Part shown: one piece after another, positions 8,452-15,605 of the stretch | Layout: the number at the start of each line of letters is the position of its first letter | Numbering within the stretch: position 1 is the stretch's first letter | Source: an uncultured bacterium | GTDB lineage: Bacteria > Hydrogenedentota > Hydrogenedentia > Hydrogenedentales > JAEUWI01 | Length of the DNA stretch: 20,577 bases | Direction: 5' to 3' | Assembly (NCBI GenBank): GCA_963977445.1 | Contig: CAXBPH010000112.1 | Location: 1-20,577 of the forward strand | Position numbers and translations under genes: made by a program | Notes under the pieces: generated by a model | Database searches by the model: none | What the model was told of the DNA's origin: nothing | Seen by the model: the letters and a program-made list of their open reading frames with translations, nothing else

Positions 8452-8496
8452 CGGGACTGTCAGCCAATTCGCCCCAGCGAATTGGGGACTGTACCG
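8452..8496. repeat. REP-like imperfect inverted repeat
   Basis: CCAATTCGC-CCCA-GCGAATTGG stem (8464-8485) flanked by GGGACTGT motifs; GACTGTACCG is the reverse complement of CGGTACAGTC at 1289-1298. Confidence 0.55.
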
Positions 8497-8574
8497 GCAG
8501 TACGTCGAGTCGAGTCCTCTAACCCGACCACGGTGTGTCAGCCACACACCCCATGACAAGTTTTCAAAAAATTG

Positions 8575-8613
8575 AAACGCGCGCGGCCTATTCGACCACG
8601 TGCGTTCTATGCC
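8575..8613 (-). terminator. Hairpin/terminator downstream of the M50-like gene (copy 2 of duplicated hairpin)
   Basis: AACGCGCGCGG...CCACGTGCGTT stem; T-rich tail on the minus strand; 33/39 identical to 9201-9239. Confidence 0.65.
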
Positions 8614-8635
8614 TGCTTTTTATAGATTCGCCCAG

Positions 8636-9130
8636 CTATTCCTGTTTCTCCTCGCTATCCGCGAACAGTCTCCTGATTGGCCCCATTCGGTGCCAGCATA
8701 TAAATCCAAGTAGGCAACTTGCCACCCCGAACAGAACAAGTTGCCAAGGCTCGGCCCCATTGCGAAGCAGGTCAGCGCAATCTCCAACGCGGTCAAACAT
8801 ACCGACGCCGAGATACAGGCCATTGGCAATGCAGCTAAATCCGGAAAAGTAGAGGGCGATATGACGGACACGCCGCCGACTGCCTGTTGTCATCAACAGG
8901 AGCAACAACGCTGAAGAAACACCACCAATCGGCCCCGCCCAGGCCGTCCAAAGGGGATTTGGGTTTGCCCCAATCTCTGTGTAGGAAAAGCCGAGGAGCG
9001 GAATCTGAACACGGATGATTTCCGCACCACTGAAGAGCGCCACGGCCACATGTCCCGCTTCGTGAAAAATCATCATGCCATACCACGAAAAGACGGTAAC
9101 GATAAGAAAGGTTTTGAATTGGGATATCAT
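8636..9130 (-). CDS. Small M50(B)-like membrane zinc metallopeptidase
   Basis: HEAGH (HExxH) in a hydrophobic segment, AGPIGG, later GD motif, several TM helices; ATG 9130 preferred over TTG 9148. Confidence 0.75.
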   Translation of the reverse strand: MISQFKTFLIVTVFSWYGMMIFHEAGHVAVALFSGAEIIRVQIPLLGFSYTEIGANPNPLWTAWAGPIGGVSSALLLLLMTTGSRRRVRHIALYFSGFSCIANGLYLGVGMFDRVGDCADLLRNGAEPWQLVLFGVASCLLGFICWHRMGPIRRLFADSEEKQE

Positions 9131-9200
9131 GGAAAAAGTATACCCCAATCAGGGCCTCCCATCCCGTAAGTGGTCGACGCTCCTGCTATCACCAAACGTA

Positions 9201-9239
9201 AAACGCGCGCGGCCAAGTCGACCGCGCGCGTTGTACGCC
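9201..9239 (-). terminator. Terminator of the ThuA-like/multidomain operon (copy 1 of duplicated hairpin)
   Basis: Perfect 11-bp stem AACGCGCGCGG/CCGCGCGCGTT ~30 nt after the stop, followed by TTTT on the minus strand. Confidence 0.75.
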
Positions 9240-9261
9240 AAAAACTATGGATTCCCTTTAC

Positions 9262-12200
9262 CTATTCTTTTACCGCCTCGATGGAGCGCAGGTAGGCAAT
9301 CAGATCCAGGATTTCTCCGCGCTGGAAGCTGTTCAACAGCCCCGTGGGCATGGCCGAAAGGGGAGCCGCTGTCCGAGAGACTATCGTATCTTTGGGAATC
9401 TTCACCCCTTCGGTATCTTGAAGCGGGTTGGTAAGAATCCGAACGAATTCGTCCGTCTCTTCGGCAATCAGTCCCAGGTAGGTATCTTCAGCGAGAACAT
9501 CTTCCGTCTCCACTTTGATTTCCCAGGACTTGTAGTTCTCGTTGATAACGGTGGAAGGCTCAAACATCTCTACGAGCATGGCCTTTGGATCGAGGCGTTC
9601 CGCAACACCGGCCAAATCCGGGCCTACTGCGATGTTGCCCTCGCCAACTTTGTGGCAGGAGACGCAGGACGCTTCGGCGAAGGCCTTGGCCCCCCGTTCC
9701 AGATCACGATCACTGTCGAGCTTGTCCAGGCCAGGGGCCAATTCCGCCACCGTCCACTCTTTGACGAGTCGACGACCATTACCGGAAATAACCGCCGTAG
9801 CCTTGTTGTCGGCCATCCACTTAAGGGGCTCATCGACGACGTGCATGAGGCCGTTCATCAACATCCAATGGCCGGGATAGGTGCAGAGGTATTCGTAGAT
9901 GGATTTATCGGTAGGAGCAACAAACTCTACCGTCGCCTCCTCCTCTACCGAAAGCATCCCCGTAGTGAACAAGATCTTGTCACTCTCGGGCGTCCAGTCT
10001 TTCGCTATGCCCTCTGCGCCGAGCATCATGGATGCCGTGGCAATGGCCGCCGTGGCACCGGGCTTAACCATTACGAGGTTGTGGTCCATCGCATCGGGAT
10101 TGCTCAAGATGAGACGGACTTTCATGCCTGGGCCAACGGCGAAGGCCTGGCGGTCATATTTCATTTGCTCTTTCAGCGTCTGAATATGAATCACCAGGGT
10201 GTCGCCGTCCATGACCGGATCGGGAGACGGTGGCTGATTGCGGAAGTCTTGCGACGCCCGCATGGCCGCTTCGGCATCGTGGGAAGCGTGGGCCATGTGA
10301 GACATGTCGACCACGTCACCTTCGCCCAGTTTCCCTTCGATTTCCCACATATACTTGACGCGCTGGGCGGCATCCCGTGCTTTGCGCTCGGGAGAGTTGA
10401 GCAAGACCGTCAAGAGGCCTTCATTGACCACGTTGTGCTGTTCATAGACCCAAAGTGCTTCCAGCAGGTGGTGGGCATCTGCCGGATTGGTGCCGTCGAA
10501 CTGCTTAATCCACTCGGCAGTTGCCGCAACCACTTCATCGGTGTTGTGTTCGCTGATTTCCACCCGCGCACGTTCACGCACGCTGTTGGTGGGGTGCTTC
10601 AACACGTCCAGCAGGGCTTCGATGGGCTCTCCATCTACCTTGACCGCTTCCTGCAGCGGACGGCCCGTCGCGATAATGCGGTAGACGCGCCCATGGGCAT
10701 GGTCACGGCTGGGGTCACGCACGTTGTGCTGCATATGGCCGATAAGGGGGTTGGCCCAGTCGGCCACATAAACGGCACCATCGTCACCGATAGAGAAATC
10801 CGCAGGACGGAAGTTACCATCGCTCGACACCAGTAAGTCGTCTGTTTCCGTACCCCATACGGAACCATCTTCTTTGTGGTCCAGGCTGTATTGCTTAATA
10901 CCCAGGAAGCCGATGGAATTGAGAATGATGAAATTACCCTCGTTCTCTGGGGGAAATTGCTGGCTGGAAAGGATGCCACTGGCCGGTACGGGACGGACAG
11001 TCTTTTCGAGAAGCTGGTGCATCTCAAAGCCACCACCACCATCCATGCGCACCTGGAAGGCACGACCCGAGGTAGCATCGGTCGCAAAATGATAGCCCCA
11101 GTAGTCGAAGTCTATGCCGTGGGGGTTGGGCGAGTTGTCCGCGTGAAAGGCGAAGCGATAGGTGCGGGGATTAAAGCGATACATTCCGGTCTTTCCGGAA
11201 AGACTGGCCACATCCCAGGGGGTTTCCACGTTACTCACATGGAATACACCGCGCTGGTAATAGATATACCCATCGGGGCCGAAGGCGAAATTGTTCGCCG
11301 TGTGGTGGGTATCGGCGGAATCGATACCGCTGAAAATGATTTCCCGGAAGTCGGCGTGGTCGTCGCCATCCGTGTCTTTCAAGAACCAGATATTGGGAGC
11401 GGAAGCTACAACGACGCCACCATTCCAGAAGGTGAATCCCGTGGGATTATGGATGTGGGCAAAAGAAATCGCTTTATCTGCAACGCCGTCCCGGTCTTCA
11501 TCCGGCAGAATCAGCAATTGGTCGCGCATTTCCTGGTCGGGCTGCCACTTGGGATAGGTCTGCCAGGCCGCAACCCAGAGGCGTCCCTTGGTATCCATCC
11601 CGGTCTGTACGGGATTGATCAGGTCAGGAAACATTTCTTCGGAAGCAAAGAGGTTGGCTTCGAGGCCGGGTGCCAGGGTGAGGGTCTCAACACCCTTGTC
11701 GGCGGGCACCGCATCCAAGGAACCATTACCACCATTGGGGCGACTGTCGATGTTGGTGATTACCTGCACCGGATCGGGCACGTTGCTGTCGTCCGGCGGA
11801 ACAAGCTCGCCTGACGTCGCTTTCCAGATCACCTGGTCGCGATTGGCCGTCATGACATCCAGCATGATGAGCTCGTGCTGCAAGACTTCCCCGTTGGTCT
11901 GATCGTCCACGAAGGTCAACGTGGAGCGGCTGCCCCAGACATCGTTACCGTCGGTAGCGCGATACCGGTTAAACCAGCACCAGTTTTTCTCCAGCACTGC
12001 CGTATGAATGCCCGCGACGTCTTTGTCGGGAACGGACATGCCCAAGCCTTCAACCAGGGCCTTGCCGATGAGCTGGTTTCCAAGATCGTTGAGATGGACC
12101 CCGTTTATCGTGAGGGGTTCAGCATTTGCTTCGTAGAGAATCTGAGAAGCGGCGAAGAGGTCAACGAAGGGCAGCTCCAGTTCGTGGGCTACGCGGGCCA

Positions 12201-12711
12201 TGGCGTCCGTGTAGATAGAGAGCCACAGATTATTCTCGGCACCGTCAGGCAGATCGGGAGAGTCCAGGTTTTCGTGGGCAATGGGAGATACCAGCACCAG
12301 GCGGGGAGCGGACTTTCCGTTGTATTGCTTGCCCCCCATGTCTTCGATAAAGGTGATCAGTTGCTGCTTAAAGGTCGCGGGGTCATGGGCAAAGGACTCG
12401 TTATAGCCATAGAACGCAAAGATTACGTCCGCGCCGACCAACTTCATACCATCGTCAAAGGATTGAAAGTTTTCATTTCGGGGCCGCAGGGCTACCTGAT
12501 CCCCCGTGAATCCCATGTTACGAATCACCAGATTCTTGTCGGGGTTGGCCACCTGCAGGTAGGTCTCGAGCCAGCCATCATGCTGCATACGATCGGGCAG
12601 CGCATTGCCGATGAATGCGACGTGGTCATTCGCATTCAGTGTGAGCTGAGCACTGGCGATGGGTGCCAAAAGGACCATCACCAACGCCATTGTGCGTAAA
12701 CCAGACTTCAT
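9262..12711 (-). CDS. Secreted PVC-type heme-binding CxxCH multidomain protein: degenerate SGNH + dehydrogenase beta-propeller + HEAT-like + azurin-like cupredoxin + cytochrome c
   Basis: GGAGA RBS before ATG 12711; signal peptide; GNAL...NGVH SGNH-like domain; LFASE...NPV...D.KGRLWV, DTDGDDHAD, DTHH, FGPDG, NPHG, FRPAD..IG.DGAVYVADW...GRVYRI propeller; HNLV...YLCTYPGHWMLM type-1 Cu site; CVSCH...GPDL...SAMP heme c domain. Confidence 0.9.
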   Translation of the reverse strand: MKSGLRTMALVMVLLAPIASAQLTLNANDHVAFIGNALPDRMQHDGWLETYLQVANPDKNLVIRNMGFTGDQVALRPRNENFQSFDDGMKLVGADVIFAFYGYNESFAHDPATFKQQLITFIEDMGGKQYNGKSAPRLVLVSPIAHENLDSPDLPDGAENNLWLSIYTDAMARVAHELELPFVDLFAASQILYEANAEPLTINGVHLNDLGNQLIGKALVEGLGMSVPDKDVAGIHTAVLEKNWCWFNRYRATDGNDVWGSRSTLTFVDDQTNGEVLQHELIMLDVMTANRDQVIWKATSGELVPPDDSNVPDPVQVITNIDSRPNGGNGSLDAVPADKGVETLTLAPGLEANLFASEEMFPDLINPVQTGMDTKGRLWVAAWQTYPKWQPDQEMRDQLLILPDEDRDGVADKAISFAHIHNPTGFTFWNGGVVVASAPNIWFLKDTDGDDHADFREIIFSGIDSADTHHTANNFAFGPDGYIYYQRGVFHVSNVETPWDVASLSGKTGMYRFNPRTYRFAFHADNSPNPHGIDFDYWGYHFATDATSGRAFQVRMDGGGGFEMHQLLEKTVRPVPASGILSSQQFPPENEGNFIILNSIGFLGIKQYSLDHKEDGSVWGTETDDLLVSSDGNFRPADFSIGDDGAVYVADWANPLIGHMQHNVRDPSRDHAHGRVYRIIATGRPLQEAVKVDGEPIEALLDVLKHPTNSVRERARVEISEHNTDEVVAATAEWIKQFDGTNPADAHHLLEALWVYEQHNVVNEGLLTVLLNSPERKARDAAQRVKYMWEIEGKLGEGDVVDMSHMAHASHDAEAAMRASQDFRNQPPSPDPVMDGDTLVIHIQTLKEQMKYDRQAFAVGPGMKVRLILSNPDAMDHNLVMVKPGATAAIATASMMLGAEGIAKDWTPESDKILFTTGMLSVEEEATVEFVAPTDKSIYEYLCTYPGHWMLMNGLMHVVDEPLKWMADNKATAVISGNGRRLVKEWTVAELAPGLDKLDSDRDLERGAKAFAEASCVSCHKVGEGNIAVGPDLAGVAERLDPKAMLVEMFEPSTVINENYKSWEIKVETEDVLAEDTYLGLIAEETDEFVRILTNPLQDTEGVKIPKDTIVSRTAAPLSAMPTGLLNSFQRGEILDLIAYLRSIEAVKE

Positions 12712-12771
12712 TACATATTCTCCCATGAGTAAAACGCCTCGGCGTCTATTGCTAGTCGGTATACCGACGAT

Positions 12772-13842
12772 CTATTTTTTTTCTTCCAGCACCAGCGGCG
12801 CATCAGGGTCTAAAATCGGTGATTCCCAACCCGCCAGGTCTGCCGGTTTGATGCCCCGTCGAAATTCGGAAAAGCTGAAGGTGCTCGGATGATAGGGACC
12901 AACAAAGTCTACATTATTTTCCGCGGTGATGGAATCCTCCATCCCGAGGCACCAGAGGTGGGCATTTACAAGAAGTCGACGAAAGCCTTCGCTGAGGATA
13001 TCTTCCGAGGCACCCTGGGTAGTCGTAAATATGCGGGCGACCTTACCCGACTTGCTCGTGTAATCCCGGGTCCAGACGACCGGCATCAACTCTTTGGTGG
13101 TATCCACGGGGGAATCAATGGTCATCCCATTCAACACGATGCAGCGGGCCAATACCGTACTGCCTTCCATCGGGTCGGCCGTGTAAGCCCCCGCCTGGGT
13201 ATGCATCGCCGTCACTCCGCGGAGAATGGGGTGCTCCTTGTTGTCCAACTCCGCAGCCAGAATAGAGCTCTGCTCATGATTCTTACCGTAGTGGGTCACC
13301 CACGTCTCCCCCAGCACCTGGCGACCGAATCCCATATAGTTGTCTTCCCCGGGATAGCGAAAGTCATAGCTGTAGAACTTTCGGTCTTCGGGTATCTTGA
13401 AGGCATGGGTGGAAGTGCGCAATCCGATGATGGGGCCGCCTCGGTCCACATAGTTCACAAAATGCTGCATTTCGTCATCGTCCATGTTGATAAATCGCAT
13501 GAAGATGACCATGAGGTCGGCTTCTTCCAGAACCTCCAGGCCCCGGAGGTAACTGCTGCCCGGTTGCAAGGTGCCATCGGCGGGATCGATTCCGAAGATA
13601 ACGGTACATTTGAAGCCATAGTGCTTCGCCATGATGCGGGCCAGGGCAGGGAGAGATTCTTCGCCACGGTATTCGTGGTCAGAAGCGATAAACACAATGT
13701 GCTTTCCGACCCCCGGCCCCTCGGTGCCTTCATAGACGACCTGCTGATTGGGTGACTCGGCCCCATAGGTTGTGACGCTGATTGTCAGCATCAGCAGCGT
13801 CACAGCGGCATTGCGCAGACTTCGGTAGCTTCCTGAAGGCAT
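12772..13842 (-). CDS. Secreted ThuA-like (class I glutamine-amidotransferase-like fold) protein
   Basis: AAGGAG RBS, signal peptide, HIVFIASDHEYRGEESLPALARIM, GLRTSTHAF, HPILRG, RIFTTTQG; ~60-nt gap to the downstream gene. Confidence 0.8.
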   Translation of the reverse strand: MPSGSYRSLRNAAVTLLMLTISVTTYGAESPNQQVVYEGTEGPGVGKHIVFIASDHEYRGEESLPALARIMAKHYGFKCTVIFGIDPADGTLQPGSSYLRGLEVLEEADLMVIFMRFINMDDDEMQHFVNYVDRGGPIIGLRTSTHAFKIPEDRKFYSYDFRYPGEDNYMGFGRQVLGETWVTHYGKNHEQSSILAAELDNKEHPILRGVTAMHTQAGAYTADPMEGSTVLARCIVLNGMTIDSPVDTTKELMPVVWTRDYTSKSGKVARIFTTTQGASEDILSEGFRRLLVNAHLWCLGMEDSITAENNVDFVGPYHPSTFSFSEFRRGIKPADLAGWESPILDPDAPLVLEEKK

Positions 13843-13900
13843 TCTCGTGCTCCTTACATCATCGAAGATTCATGAGGTTTCGAAAAGATAGTGGGAGAGC

Positions 13901-13930
13901 ACTATAAGGGGAAGCGCAGCCCTGAGACAA
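13901..13930 (-). promoter_or_regulatory. Candidate promoter for the ThuA-like operon
   Basis: Minus strand TTGTCT-N18-TATAGT. Confidence 0.4.
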
Positions 13931-13956
13931 ATGGAGACACCTGGGTCGGCGTCTCC
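13925..13956 (-). terminator. Probable terminator after the HI0933-family gene
   Basis: Minus strand GGAGACGCC-N6-GGTGTCTCC then ATTTGTCT. Confidence 0.5.
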
Positions 13957-13973
13957 GGCCCCTCACACGCGGG

Positions 13974-15215
13974 TCAGTGGCTCGACGCGTGGGTTCCTGC
14001 GACATATCCTGAAGACCATGCCCACTGGAGATTGTAGCCACCGCAGTCACCATCGATATCCAGCAATTCACCGACAAAATAGAGCCCGGGGACGAGTTTT
14101 GACTCCATCGTGGTAGATTCCACTTCCGAGACGTCCACACCGCCCGCAGTAACCTGAGAATTCATCCAGGAGCGCGTGCCGGTGCATTTCACCCGCCAAG
14201 CCTTGAGGATGCCGATTAATCGCTTGACCTCGTCATCGTCGAGTTGGCCACAGGGCCGTTGCACATCCTCCTGCCCCGCTTCGCTGAACAACACGGGAAT
14301 CAGACGCTTGTGCAGGAGCCCTATGAGACAGATTTCGAGTGGTTTGTAGGGGGCATGGCCAATTCGCTTACGGATTAGGGTCTCCATACTCTCCATGGTC
14401 TCTTCGGGAAACAGGTCGATCCCCACGCTCAATTTGCTGTCGCTGCGCTCATATTCGCCGATGGCACGACTGATATTGAGCACGGGTGGCCCCGAAATGC
14501 CGTAGTCAGCAAATAAGAGATCGCCCACCGACGTTCGCATGAGCTCACCGTCTACGTAGGAAGCCACACCGGCATTTCGGACTTTTACGCCCTTCAACCG
14601 GGCGAGAAACCAGGCATCCAATTCGAGGGGTACCCGGGAAGGAAAGGTATGGGTCACGTGGTGCCCGAGGGAAGTCGCCATTTTGTGCCCCCCCCCATTG
14701 GAACCCAGATTGGGACTCGACGTCCCGCCTGCGGCCACAACGACCTTGTCCGACTTGAAGCTCTGCCCTTCGGAATCGGAGCAGATAAAGCCGCGCTCCG
14801 TCTGCTGAATATCCTGAATTTTTATATCGCCGACTTCGCGAATGCCCAACATGGCCATTTCGTAGCGCAACACATCGAGCACATTGGAGGCCTGCCCCGT
14901 GATGGGAAATACGCGGCCGTGTTTCACCTCACGCACTTCGATCCCGAGGGCATCAAAAAAAGTCAGGGCCGTCTCGGCACCAAAGGCTGCCAGGGCGGGC
15001 AGCATAAACGACGTGTCTGTGCCGTGATAATTGCGCTGGGTGGGCTTGGTGTTGCACAAATTACACTGGCCCGCGCCCGTCGCCAGTAATTTTTTGCCAA
15101 TCTTGGGCATGCGGTCCACGAGGGTGACGTAGGCCCCACGACGTGCAGCAATGATGGCGGCCATCATGCCGGACGGACCACCGCCGATAACGAGAATCTT
15201 AATTTGTTGTGCCAT
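13974..15215 (-). CDS. HI0933/YhiN (BaiN/RdsA) family NAD(P)/FAD-dependent oxidoreductase
   Basis: Likely start MAQQIK at 15215; GGGPSGMMAA, GKKLLATGAGQCN, GRVFP, AAGG.S.P.LGSNGGG, GISGPPVL, VTAGGV, GELLDIDGDCGGYNLQWAWSSG. Confidence 0.92.
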   Translation of the reverse strand: MAQQIKILVIGGGPSGMMAAIIAARRGAYVTLVDRMPKIGKKLLATGAGQCNLCNTKPTQRNYHGTDTSFMLPALAAFGAETALTFFDALGIEVREVKHGRVFPITGQASNVLDVLRYEMAMLGIREVGDIKIQDIQQTERGFICSDSEGQSFKSDKVVVAAGGTSSPNLGSNGGGHKMATSLGHHVTHTFPSRVPLELDAWFLARLKGVKVRNAGVASYVDGELMRTSVGDLLFADYGISGPPVLNISRAIGEYERSDSKLSVGIDLFPEETMESMETLIRKRIGHAPYKPLEICLIGLLHKRLIPVLFSEAGQEDVQRPCGQLDDDEVKRLIGILKAWRVKCTGTRSWMNSQVTAGGVDVSEVESTTMESKLVPGLYFVGELLDIDGDCGGYNLQWAWSSGYVAGTHASSH

Positions 15216-15605
15216 GGATCGTTTGTGTTCCGTTGAAGGTGGCGGTTGGGTAGCGAATTTTCCAGATACCCGACGTAGAGCAGCGCCATAACGAACGGTA
15301 AATCGAGGAGAATCACGGCCGTTGAGGCATAAATACGACGGTGAGAAGTAAGCCCGTCCCAAGAGACGATGGGCTATCATATCACGAATATCCCAGGCTC
15401 ATAAACGTTGGAACTCCCCCAGAGGGGAACCTGCCCCAATATGGGTATATCTGGAAGCGTTGGCGCATGGGCGTTGGTCATTGTGGTAGAATGGGCCCTT
15501 CCAAACCGTAACCATTCGCCCGCTGTTCCGGTGTATTCTTTGCGGTTTACGGGCCTTTTGAGAATCGAAACGGGCACGACGTGTGCCATTTAGTTGTGGG
15601 TACCC

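Noticed and set aside
8575..9239. Integron attC sites
   Set aside because: Shorter than attC sites, no canonical core sites or extrahelical-base pattern, no intI; kept only as an unexplained direct repeat.
9247..13755. Long plus-strand ORFs (529, 312, 274, 288 aa) antisense to the multidomain and ThuA-like genes
   Set aside because: They lie opposite well-supported genes and have no recognisable motifs; typical shadow ORFs of GC-biased codon usage.
15216..15380. 55-aa N-terminal extension of the HI0933-family ORF
   Set aside because: The family begins at the Rossmann motif shortly after MAQQIK (15215); the extension looks like non-coding DNA read in frame.
15424..15440. GGGAAC-CTGCCCC resembling part of a cobalamin riboswitch
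   Set aside because: The following GCAACTGT element and B12 box are absent, and neighbouring genes are not B12-related.
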